Shown here: piece after piece, positions 1 to 8,583 of the stretch
Position numbering within the stretch: position 1 is the first letter of the stretch
Layout: each line of letters starts with the position of its first letter
Source of the DNA: an uncultured delta proteobacterium
GTDB taxonomy: Bacteria > Desulfobacterota > Desulfobacteria > Desulfobacterales > Desulfosalsimonadaceae
Direction of reading: 5' to 3'
Length of the DNA: 64,000 nucleotides
Assembly (NCBI GenBank): GCA_963826785.1
Contig: CAWGYD010000001.1
Coordinates: forward strand, 256,001 to 320,000
Notes under the pieces: model-generated
Database searches by the model: none
What the model saw: only the letters and a program-made list of their open reading frames with translations
Told to the model about the DNA's origin: nothing
Program-made: the position numbers and the translations under genes

Positions 1-2
1 GC

Positions 3-452
3 ATCCTCGCCGGTTTCCTGGGCATCGGCGGCGGTTTGATCCGCATGCCGTCGCTGGTCTACCTCATCGGCTGCCCCACCCACATCGCAGTGGGCACCGA
101 CTTGTTCGAGGTGATGATTTCAGGGCTTTACGGGGCGTTCACCTACTCCATGAAGGGGCGCATCGAAATTGTGGCCGTGTTTGTCATGCTGACCGGGGCC
201 GCCATCGGTGCACAGATCGGCACAGTCGCCACCAAGTATGCCAAAGGCTACGGCATCCGTGTGGCCTTCGGGATCGCCGTGATCTGCTGCATGATTTCGA
301 TTATCTTAAAAGAATTCAAGTATAACAGTTCCGCCACGGTTCTGATCCTGGGCACCATTGCCCTCATCTGCGCCTACATTGTCAAGATCATGCTGCAGGG
401 GGCGTTTCAGGAGCTTCGGGACAAGAAGATGGCCCATGCATTTCAGCCGTAA
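3..452 (+). CDS. Sulfite exporter TauE/SafE family membrane protein (5'-truncated by window edge)
   Basis: Frame is open from the edge: ILAGFLGIGGGLIRMP...HIAVGTDL, the GxGGG and AVGT motifs of TauE/SafE; several hydrophobic helices. Confidence 0.85.
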   Translation: MLAGFLGIGGGLIRMPSLVYLIGCPTHIAVGTDLFEVMISGLYGAFTYSMKGRIEIVAVFVMLTGAAIGAQIGTVATKYAKGYGIRVAFGIAVICCMISIILKEFKYNSSATVLILGTIALICAYIVKIMLQGAFQELRDKKMAHAFQP

Positions 453-482
453 AATGAAAATGGATTTGAAAGGAGAACGCAC

Positions 483-813
483 ATGAAAAAGCCTGTTATT
501 GCCCTATGCATCCTGCTGATGGGACTGTTTTTTGCCGTCGATGTGATTGCGGCCGAAGTGGCCCAGGGAGAGTGCATCGAATATAATGCCGAGAATCATG
601 TGATAAAAATTCGGGAGCATGACACGAATTTTTCAAAGAATAAATACGGCAATCCCACCAGCATCGAATCCGAATTCGATGTCTCACTATGCCAAAATCG
701 GAATGCTGCCCGAACCCGGAGACATGCTGCGAATCGCCTACGATATCGGCGGCAGCAAGAAAATGGCCATCAAGGTCATGAACGTCAGCAAACAGGATAT
801 AATGAAGAAATAG
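483..813 (+). CDS. Small exported hypothetical protein (split by a 1-nt indel near 685)
   Basis: RBS AAGGAG; signal peptide MKKPVIALCILL...AAEVAQG. The frame 483 N-terminal half joins the frame 619 C-terminal half (AKIGMLPEPGDMLRIAY...KQDIMKK) if one base is removed at GTCTCACTATGCC. Confidence 0.65.
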
Positions 814-829
814 CGGATTTACATCAAAC

Positions 830-864
830 CAGGCAAAGCGCCCGGAAAAGAGGCGCTTTGCCTG
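830..864. other. Perfect 13-bp intergenic hairpin (mRNA stability element or weak terminator)
   Basis: CAGGCAAAGCGCC-N9-GGCGCTTTGCCTG with no clear U-tract. Confidence 0.5.
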
Positions 865-886
865 CCTGAAAGAAAGTGTGCGCAAT

Positions 887-1117
887 ATGAATATCAAACA
901 GAAGCTGTTTGTCGTTTTTCTGGACATGGTGGTGCTGGCTGAACTGGCCGCATCCCTTTACTGGTCAAATCAGTTCGGCGACCTGATGACCCCCTTGTTT
1001 CTCAAAATCTATCTGCCCACGGTTCTGGCGACATTGATCATCGGCAAATTCTGCCTCAGCCGGCTCCGGTCCAAAGAGATTGCTGGGGAAACTGCGGATG
1101 CCGTTGCTTCCCACTGA
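887..1117 (+). CDS. Small two-TM membrane hypothetical protein
   Basis: Two hydrophobic segments (LFVVFLDMVVLAELAASLY; IYLPTVLATLIIG); last gene of the TauE run. Confidence 0.65.
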   Translation: MNIKQKLFVVFLDMVVLAELAASLYWSNQFGDLMTPLFLKIYLPTVLATLIIGKFCLSRLRSKEIAGETADAVASH

Positions 1118-1205
1118 TCCGGATTTAAGCAGGCGCAGCTCAAGGGGTGAACCCTTTTATTGCGCTATAGACCGGATGATCACAATGGATCTGAGATAAA
1201 AGCGG

Positions 1206-1577
1206 CTATTTCTGGTACCATTGCCCGTTTTCATTCTGGAGCCATTCCCCCGGTTTGGCCAGATCCCTGAGCTGTGCGGCCCGCCGTTTCCCCACCAGTT
1301 CGGGGGTGACCCCCTGCTGTTTGGCAATGGCCTCGTAAACCTGGGCCCGGTCACTGTTTTCGGCCTGGACCACATCCGCCTTTTCATGCTGGCCGCCCAC
1401 AAATTCCAGGAAGCCCTTGTTGTTCTCCCCCACGATCCCCTTGGACTTGAGTTCGATGATGACCGGCAGCCGCGCTTTCATCCGCGCCTTGATATCCTGG
1501 GCCTCCGCCGGTCTGACCAGAAACAGGGGCACGGCCAGAAAAGCCAGTAGGAATATGCATATCACATGATTTTTCAT
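1206..1577 (-). CDS. ydbL: YdbL family (DUF1318) periplasmic protein
   Basis: Signal peptide; G.VGE...G.L, V..EN.DR...Y..IA and PGEWLQ...G.W..K motifs; RBS GGAG; follows ynbE. Confidence 0.85.
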   Translation of the reverse strand: MKNHVICIFLLAFLAVPLFLVRPAEAQDIKARMKARLPVIIELKSKGIVGENNKGFLEFVGGQHEKADVVQAENSDRAQVYEAIAKQQGVTPELVGKRRAAQLRDLAKPGEWLQNENGQWYQK

Positions 1578-1641
1578 CCTGAAATCTCCCTTATCATTCA
1601 AATATTTATTTTTCAAAAAGGATACCCCGTCTGCAAACCCG

Positions 1642-1869
1642 CTACTGGGCCTGGTCTTCTTGCCGGGCGGCATCGATATCACTGAAATAGTCCTCCAGCG
1701 CCCGATCCACTTTTACCCTCACGTTGACGTTGATGGTCATCGGTTTGACTTCCACCACGTGCTCCGTCCGGATCGGATCCACATGGACCCGGTGCTCCGT
1801 GCAGGCCGTTGCCAGAAGCAAAAGCGCGCCGGCCGCCAGCACGTGCCATCCATTTTTATTGAACCTCAT
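1642..1869 (-). CDS. ynbE: YnbE-like small lipoprotein
   Basis: Lipobox LATAC; KPMTINVNVRVKVDRAL motif; lies between ydbH and ydbL. Confidence 0.75.
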   Translation of the reverse strand: MRFNKNGWHVLAAGALLLLATACTEHRVHVDPIRTEHVVEVKPMTINVNVRVKVDRALEDYFSDIDAARQEDQAQ

Positions 1870-1880
1870 TTCTGATCTCC

Positions 1881-4619
1881 TTATTGCAGTGTGTCCCAAA
1901 TGCTTTTATAGCGTAAAATTTTGTTCAGCGGAACCTGAAGGTTTACATTGATCCGGATGCCCTGGAAATGGGATACCTGTCCGCTTCCTTTCATCCGGAT
2001 GAAGCCGCCGGCCGCTTCATCGTAGACGAAAGGAAGCGGATTGACCGGTTTTCCGTTAAACTGCAGGTCGAGAATGAGCATCTCCGCTTCCGTCCGCATG
2101 CGGATTCTCGCCCATTCATACTCATAATCCTTGAGGGCCTCGCGTGCCAGATCGATCTGGTCATACTGGGGCGAGCCCTTGGGGATGCCGGAAGTCAGCA
2201 TCTGGGCGCCGGTCACCTGGATGGTCCCCCCGTCGCCCGGCGTGGTAAAGAGAAATCCGTCATCAAAGATGATCTTTCCCCGGGTATAGTGAACCGGAAC
2301 GTAGCCGTTGACCGTTCCCTTGCCCGCGGCCTGTGCCGCCCCCAGCTGTTCCAGCAGGTCGGCGAGTTCCAGGCGGTCGCAGTACAGGGTGACATCGTAG
2401 TCGTTTACCCCGGGGAAGATCCGCAGGGCCTGGGCATTGACCTGTCCGCCGCACCATTTGAACCCCGATTTTTCCACCAGTATCGATTTTCCCGACTCGA
2501 TCTGAAACTGCATCTGAAGTTCGTTCATGTGGATTTTCCCCATGGACAGCTGCGCTATGCTCAGTTCCTGGGCCGGTGCGCTGCGCAGCGTCAAAAGCTC
2601 CGGCATGTCGATCTTCAGCCGGATATTTTTTGCGGTCATGTCGCCTGATTTGATCCGCACGTCGCAATTTTCAAGTGTTGCGGATGCCGAAGCGTGAAGA
2701 CCGCCAGGGCCGGATGCCATCGTTCCGGACACGGTCAGGTCGCCGTTTACACTCACCCCTTTGAGGTCCGGCATCACCTTTGCCAGGTCCAAGTCGTTTT
2801 TGACGTGATATCCGCCGTCGAACCGCACCTCGCTTTTGCCGGATTCGGAAAGAAAATGAGAAAACCCCGTAAGCCGGACCACCGCGCCCGGCAGCAGGTC
2901 CCCTGCCAATGTGCCCGTGAAGGCCAGCCCTGCCAGATCCTGATAAACAATGCCCTTGAGGCTGCCGACCCGGCGATTGGCATATTGAATGCCGGCTGCG
3001 GAGAATTTACCCGCTGGAGAAGGCGCCCAGGGCCAGTGCAAGGGAAGGCGGGCATCGATGCCGGTGACCTCAAGTCCGGATTCGGGATTGCTCAGGCGCC
3101 CCTTGCCCAGGGTGAATGCCCCGTCGAATTCCCGATTCTGGTCTCCGGCTGATTTCCATCCTCCGGATAGGCCGAAATCGGGGATTTCCAGGGTGTTTTT
3201 TCCCAGTCGAACCCGCCCTTTTGTACCGGCAACCGCAATGGTCCCGCTGGCCGCGCTGTCCGCGCCCCAAAGCACGTCTCCGTTTACGGACACCAAGCTG
3301 CTGTTAAGATCGATGCCGATCGTGGCCCGGGGATGGGGCAGAACCGCGTGATACTCTATTTTTCCATTATCCGGTCCTCCCCGGCCCGAAATATCGAGTT
3401 CGGGCCGGCCCGCTGCAAAAAAACGCTCATCCGCTTCGATGCTCCACTGCCGGGCCTCTGCTTCGGCAGGGGCATTGCCTAAATTAAAACGCCAGCTGTC
3501 TTTGTCATCGTATGCGCCGGAAAAATTGACATCCAGGTGCAGAGGGGCGGTGACTTTAAATGCGCCGGGGCCTTTTGTTTCATCTGTTTTAACAAAAAGA
3601 GCTGCGTGCCCGGAGGTATCGATGCCACCCCCCGCTACCCGCCGAATTTGGCCTTCCAGGGTGGAAATTCCCATGAAAAGAGGCGATTGGATGGCCAGGC
3701 CGGAAGCGGAGAAGCCCCATTCACGCCCATTGACGCTTTTGACCTGTATCTGCAGGGGCGGATTGGTTTGCGCATCCGCCCTCGTGGTTTGGAGTTGATA
3801 CGCCTTGTAGGCGGAGCCGGCATTGCAAAATTGCGCTTCGGCCTGGGCCGATGCGATCTCAAACGGATTCAGGCGGATGTCTCCACCGGCCACCAGGTTA
3901 AGCGCGCCTTTCAGGGTAAGGCCTTGAATGTTTCCGATGATATCGGCAAACCGCTGGGGGGCAAACTCATCGGATTTCATCTTCCAGTGAACCGTTTTGT
4001 CCGCCATGTCGTAATCGGCTTCCAGTGCGATCTCCTGCTGCCGGGGAAGCAGGTGGACCGTTCCGTGCAGCACCTGGGCATTATCTGTTTCTGAAAACCG
4101 GGCATTTAAGGGGATGCGATAGATGCTGCCCTGCCACTCAAAAAGGATGACCGCGCTGCGGATCTCCATGGTGTCAAAGGAAAACGGCAGGTCCGTACCG
4201 GTTGATGCGGCCGGGGATGTGCCCGGAGGGGAAGGGCGGCCGGCCGGCTGCTTCAAATCGAATCCGCGGATGGAGAATTCACCTTCCCGGTAGGCGCAAT
4301 GAAGCTCAAGCCCGCTGATAAGGAGGTGCCGGACATGCCGGCGCATCAATCCGGCCGGGGTGTACTCGAGCCGCACCAGGTCGGCTTTAAGCGCCTGGGC
4401 CCGATCCGGGCCGATGCGCACTGATGCGATCACCGCGCCCGTGGCACCGATTTTGCCCACATCCCAGTCAAACCCGGCCAGCCCCTTTCCCCGGATCGTC
4501 TGTAAAAAGGATTCCGAATTCAGGTAGAGCGGGAGCAGGAAGCACCATGCCGACAGCAGGGCGATGATCAGGACCAGAAAAGCCGGCAGAATATAACAAA
4601 TTTTTTGTTTCCATGCCAT
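1881..4619 (-). CDS. ydbH: YdbH family AsmA-like intermembrane lipid-transport protein
   Basis: 912 aa; N-terminal TM; long beta-rich body; C-terminal WCGG, G..NG.VP and ALKDYEY motifs; in an operon with ynbE and ydbL. Confidence 0.85.
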   Translation of the reverse strand: MAWKQKICYILPAFLVLIIALLSAWCFLLPLYLNSESFLQTIRGKGLAGFDWDVGKIGATGAVIASVRIGPDRAQALKADLVRLEYTPAGLMRRHVRHLLISGLELHCAYREGEFSIRGFDLKQPAGRPSPPGTSPAASTGTDLPFSFDTMEIRSAVILFEWQGSIYRIPLNARFSETDNAQVLHGTVHLLPRQQEIALEADYDMADKTVHWKMKSDEFAPQRFADIIGNIQGLTLKGALNLVAGGDIRLNPFEIASAQAEAQFCNAGSAYKAYQLQTTRADAQTNPPLQIQVKSVNGREWGFSASGLAIQSPLFMGISTLEGQIRRVAGGGIDTSGHAALFVKTDETKGPGAFKVTAPLHLDVNFSGAYDDKDSWRFNLGNAPAEAEARQWSIEADERFFAAGRPELDISGRGGPDNGKIEYHAVLPHPRATIGIDLNSSLVSVNGDVLWGADSAASGTIAVAGTKGRVRLGKNTLEIPDFGLSGGWKSAGDQNREFDGAFTLGKGRLSNPESGLEVTGIDARLPLHWPWAPSPAGKFSAAGIQYANRRVGSLKGIVYQDLAGLAFTGTLAGDLLPGAVVRLTGFSHFLSESGKSEVRFDGGYHVKNDLDLAKVMPDLKGVSVNGDLTVSGTMASGPGGLHASASATLENCDVRIKSGDMTAKNIRLKIDMPELLTLRSAPAQELSIAQLSMGKIHMNELQMQFQIESGKSILVEKSGFKWCGGQVNAQALRIFPGVNDYDVTLYCDRLELADLLEQLGAAQAAGKGTVNGYVPVHYTRGKIIFDDGFLFTTPGDGGTIQVTGAQMLTSGIPKGSPQYDQIDLAREALKDYEYEWARIRMRTEAEMLILDLQFNGKPVNPLPFVYDEAAGGFIRMKGSGQVSHFQGIRINVNLQVPLNKILRYKSIWDTLQ

Positions 4620-4785
4620 GGCGGGCTAAATTCCAGGTGTTTGTCCGGCATTTTATGGGCCTTCGGGGATGCGCCCTTTACGTTTTTGCGTCGTCGGACT
4701 TTCGTAAAAACGATGCCGGTGAGGTCAAAATGTATGACATATTCGGCAGGGGTGTCAAATGTATAACTGCTTATTCTTAAACTCT

Positions 4786-4931
4786 TACAAGCCATCTCAA
4801 AAAAACATCTAACCTCCAATAGCTGCGTTATGGACCTTTTCAAAATACTCACATATATGAGATATGCTCCGTTTTTTCATCGGCCCATGCCTTGCTCTTG
4901 GGGGCGATCTGCTTTTTTGAGATGGCTTGTA
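4786..4931. mobile_element. MITE-like element, 146 bp, with perfect 19-bp terminal inverted repeats
   Basis: TACAAGCCATCTCAAAAAA (4786-4804) and TTTTTTGAGATGGCTTGTA (4913-4931) are exact reverse complements; TA at both ends; no transposase. Confidence 0.75.
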
Positions 4932-4966
4932 GTATCGGTTTATGGTGCCATTGACTGCCCCACCTT

Positions 4967-5003
4967 AAAATCCCCCTAAATCCTCATTTTTCCAAGGGAA
5001 CTT
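4967..5003. repeat. REP-like palindromic unit (same family as 50787-50889)
   Basis: AAAATCCCCCTAAATCCTCATTTTTCCAAGGGAACTT closely matches the reverse complement of 50787-50823. Confidence 0.6.
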
Positions 5004-5169
5004 TTAAATTTTTACATAAAAACGCTTTTGTTGAAATGAATTGGGGTTTTACGCGGACCCTCCATTCCGGCCCATCTTATGAAATGGAGGCATAAAAAGG
5101 AACAACCGGGGCAGAAATGAAATCCATGCCCCGGTGTTTTTGCGGGGGGTGTGGCGCAGTTTTTATAGA

Positions 5170-5790
5170 TCAGCCGCGCGCGCTGGTGGGCTGCAGCCTC
5201 TCGCTGATAATGGTGCACACCGATTCGATCACATCCGTTGCGGTCAGGGTGGAGTCGGGTTTTGTGGTTTCCGAAACCGCCGACCAAATCACCTTTTTCG
5301 TTTCCGCATCATAAAGACGGGTCTGCAGTTTGACAAATTTTTCAGGCACGCGTCTGTTTTTGCGAAACTTTTCCAGCATGCCGTAATAGTTGCCGCCGGA
5401 TTCATATGCATGCAGGATGGGATTGTATTCCGGCACCCACGTGTCCTTTTCCCCGATTTCGACCACTTGCGTGAGCAGGACAAAATCGATTCCCTGCCTG
5501 TGGGCTTCCGCCAGGGCCGTATCCGCATCAGGATTTAACCCATCCATGCTGTCCGTGCTTTTAACAACCTGGATCCCTTTCTGGGTGAATTCCGCAGCCA
5601 GCGTTTCTTCAAAAAGGGTTCGGATTTTAAGATCATCTGCTGCGCCAACGATCAGCAATTTTTTCGCAAGGGGCTGTTGAGATCCTATATCCGACCAATT
5701 TGAAACCATTCGCGTGCTGGCGCAGGAAGTCAGCATGAGTACTGCCAGCAGGATCATTGCTGATCTGGATGCATAATCTTTCATTTTCAT
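5170..5790 (-). CDS. Lipoprotein, DUF4136-like fold
   Basis: RBS AGGAGGAG; lipobox LTSC; R..FE..LA..F...G and LYD..T.K.IWS..SET motifs. Confidence 0.7.
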   Translation of the reverse strand: MKMKDYASRSAMILLAVLMLTSCASTRMVSNWSDIGSQQPLAKKLLIVGAADDLKIRTLFEETLAAEFTQKGIQVVKSTDSMDGLNPDADTALAEAHRQGIDFVLLTQVVEIGEKDTWVPEYNPILHAYESGGNYYGMLEKFRKNRRVPEKFVKLQTRLYDAETKKVIWSAVSETTKPDSTLTATDVIESVCTIISERLQPTSARG

Positions 5791-5944
5791 TTCTATCTCC
5801 TCCTTTTTAAAAGTTTGATAAGCCGTAAGTCGGATTTTTCGCTTTGTCTTCCGACGGAGCCCGGCTGGGTGTACTGGCGGGATATAATGCTTTTTTTACC
5901 GGGCCATCAAATTCGGTCGCTCCGTGAATTCATGTTCAACGTAA

Positions 5945-5960
5945 TGCCAGAATGATGCCA
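5945..5960 (-). promoter_or_regulatory. Candidate sigma54 (-24/-12) promoter for the 5170-5790 lipoprotein gene
   Basis: Minus strand TGGCATCATTCTGGCA has correct GG-N10-GC spacing; one mismatch in the TTGC box; adjacent to a bEBP gene. Confidence 0.45.
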
Positions 5961-6012
5961 AAACAAAATTGGTTACTATTCCAGAGGTTTGGATTCTGAC
6001 TCATACAAAATG

Positions 6013-6051
6013 ACCGTATATGGCTAATAATAATTGCCGTATATGGCTAAT
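6013..6051. promoter_or_regulatory. Tandem near-palindromic operator (candidate bEBP enhancer)
   Basis: CCGTATATGGCTAAT occurs twice (6014-6028 and 6037-6051, period 23); core GCCGTATATGGC is one mismatch from a perfect palindrome. Confidence 0.55.
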
Positions 6052-6098
6052 CGTGCCATAATGTTCATATGTGAACATCATGCGGATGGAATATCGAA

Positions 6099-7682
6099 AT
6101 GAACGCGGCCTTGAATATTGATCCCAATGAATTTTTTCGGCAGGCCACCGTCCGGATCTGCAGCAGCCTGGACATCGAAATTGCCCTGAAACGGATGCAG
6201 CAGTACGTCAACCGGTTCATCCCGGCAGAATCAGTATCGTTGATGATCTTTGATCCTGCAAAAAGCATTTTTTTCAGCGTTGCCGGCAGTATCGCCAAAA
6301 CCGAACAGGGCATGGGGAAAAATTTTTCCCTGCCGCCGGACAGGGAAATCCGGGCGAGGTGGGTAAAACGGCACCTGGAATTTGAAAAATTCGTGGTGGT
6401 CAATGATCTTGAGCAGGATCGGGATCTTTCCGAATTATTTTCGATCCTGGGGCTCAATACCCATATTTCTTTTATTACCATCCGGCTGGAACTCGAAGGC
6501 AATCGATTGGGCGCCCTCTGGGTCTCCACCCCCGGTAAACATCAGTACACCGACCGGCAGGCGGAATTGCTCTACATCCTGCGCGAACCCATCGCCATTG
6601 CCATGTCCAATGCGCTTCGGCACCGGGAAGTGCTCGACCGCAACGATGCCCTGCTCGATGACATCCGCTACCTCCATGACCAGCTGCATGAGCGATCCGG
6701 AGATGCAATTATCGGTGCGGACCTGGGATTAAAGCCGGTCATGGAAATGGTGCATCAGGTGGCCGGCCTCGACAGCCCGGTGCTCATCCTGGGGGAAACC
6801 GGGGTGGGAAAGGAAATGATCGCCGATGCCATCCATTTCGGGTCGAACAGGAGAAACGGACCGCTGATCAAGGTCAACTGCGGGGCCATTCCCGAAAGCC
6901 TGATGGACAGTGAACTGTTCGGGCATGAAAAAGGGGCGTTTACCGGGGCATCGGCCCGGACAAGGGGGCGGTTCGAGCGGGCCGACCGGGGCACCATCTT
7001 TCTGGATGAAATCGGCGAACTATCGGCCCAGGCCCAGGTCCGCCTGCTGCGGGTGCTTCAGGAAAAAAAAATCGAGCGGGTGGGGGGCACGAAAGAAATC
7101 CCCGTGGATGTGCGGATTGTTTCGGCCACCCACCGCAACCTTCAGGACATGCTGGCGGCCGGTGCATTTCGGGAGGACCTGTGGTTCCGCCTCAATGTCT
7201 TTCCGATCATGATTCCGCCGCTGCGGGAACGCCGGGAGGACATACCGGCGCTGGTGGCGTATTTCGTGGCCGAAAAAGCCAAAGAACTGAAGATGAAGCC
7301 GCCGCCGGAACTGCACCCGGGCGAGCTCAAACCGCTGTTTTCCCATGACTGGCCCGGAAATGTCAGGGAACTGCAGAACCTGATTGAACGCGCTCTGATC
7401 CGCTACCGGGGCGGCCGTCTTTCCTTTGAAACCATCCTCGGCGCAGAGCCTCGGGCGGCCCGGACCGAATCGCAGGCCTGCCGTGCCCCGGGCGACATGG
7501 CCACCCTGGATGAGGCCATGGCCGGCCATATCCGGTCGGTCCTGGAAAAGACCGGCGGAAAGATCAGCGGCGCAAATGGCGCTGCTGAAATTCTGGGTCT
7601 GCCCTACAGCACCCTGCGCAACCGGATGATCCGTCTGGGCATTTCGTTTGGCAGAAGCAGCAGGGAAAAAAAATTCACCTGA
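6099..7682 (+). CDS. GAF-domain sigma54-dependent transcriptional activator (FhlA/NifA-like)
   Basis: Walker A GETGVGKE, ELFGHEKGAFTGA, FLDEIGE, FREDLWFRLNVFP and WPGNVREL motifs; C-terminal Fis HTH; N-terminal GAF-like region. Confidence 0.95.
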   Translation: MNAALNIDPNEFFRQATVRICSSLDIEIALKRMQQYVNRFIPAESVSLMIFDPAKSIFFSVAGSIAKTEQGMGKNFSLPPDREIRARWVKRHLEFEKFVVVNDLEQDRDLSELFSILGLNTHISFITIRLELEGNRLGALWVSTPGKHQYTDRQAELLYILREPIAIAMSNALRHREVLDRNDALLDDIRYLHDQLHERSGDAIIGADLGLKPVMEMVHQVAGLDSPVLILGETGVGKEMIADAIHFGSNRRNGPLIKVNCGAIPESLMDSELFGHEKGAFTGASARTRGRFERADRGTIFLDEIGELSAQAQVRLLRVLQEKKIERVGGTKEIPVDVRIVSATHRNLQDMLAAGAFREDLWFRLNVFPIMIPPLRERREDIPALVAYFVAEKAKELKMKPPPELHPGELKPLFSHDWPGNVRELQNLIERALIRYRGGRLSFETILGAEPRAARTESQACRAPGDMATLDEAMAGHIRSVLEKTGGKISGANGAAEILGLPYSTLRNRMIRLGISFGRSSREKKFT

Positions 7683-7731
7683 AGCGCCGGTAATCTCTGA
7701 TTGAATGTCGGTATCCGGTTAAAACCGGCAC

Positions 7732-8566
7732 TTATTCGACCGAAATTTCGGCATCTTCGATGATGACCGGGTATTTGAGCCCGAATCCGAAATCCCGGTC
7801 CACGGAAACAGTGCCGTTGATCAGGACCGTATCTCCAACCTTTGCCGTACCGGTCGTCGTGACGATCAGGTCGTTGGCGCCTTCCTCGCCGGTGCCGTCC
7901 TGCACGTGGAGCCAGTTTTTTCCCATGATATCTGCGGTGAATTTGACCACCCGGGCCCGGATCTTTACTTTTTTTCCGGCCAGGCTTTCCCGCTGGGTGA
8001 TAATTTCAGACACCGTCTGCCCGCCTTGTGCCTTTTGAATGGACTCCTGCTTCAATCCCGGCATCCGGGGCCGCTCCGCCCATCATGGGCGAGGGTGTCA
8101 TCTGCCCGTCCGCCGGCTCGCCGATGGGGGGATGTCCTTCGGGCAGCGCCGTTTCCGCCGGGTTTGCCGACGGTTCTCCTTCCTTGCGGATCTGGCCCAC
8201 AAAATAGATCATGTCAAAATCGCGGTTAAGCGTTTTGCTGTGGAAATCCGCCATGGGCATTCCGGGCGGCACCTCGACCACATCACCGGCCTTGCCGTTG
8301 AAGACGGGGACTGCCACCCAGACTTTTTTCGTACCCGTATCGATCTGGACGTAGGCGTATCTGCCGGTATCGATCTTCTCCACCACCTCTCCTTTAAATG
8401 GCTCCGACATTTCGCCGGCATTTTCCGAAGCCGGCTGATCGCTGCCGGCGGATTTCGCGGACGACTTTCCATCCGTCCCGCCGGTCACCGGGTTGCAGCC
8501 GGCAAGGATCGTCAGTGACAGAAGCGCCAGCATGCACGCCAGCCAATGGTGAGATATTCTTTTCAT
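7732..8566 (-). CDS. Lipoprotein with two OB-fold domains and an LPEGHPP linker (indel near 8045)
   Basis: RBS AAGGAGG; lipobox LAGC; G.V.E....Y.Y.......WVA and VVKF...IMGKNWLH.QDG motifs. ORFs 8006-8638 and 7732-8064 join as IEAG-SIQKAQGG after removing one base. Confidence 0.75.
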
Positions 8567-8583
8567 TTTTATCATTCCTCCTT

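Noticed and set aside
4640..4722. Minus-strand GAAAG...GACGCAAAA resembling a second c-di-GMP riboswitch
   Set aside because: No P2 stem around the GAAA and no upstream G(G/C)CAAA element; only a loose hairpin.
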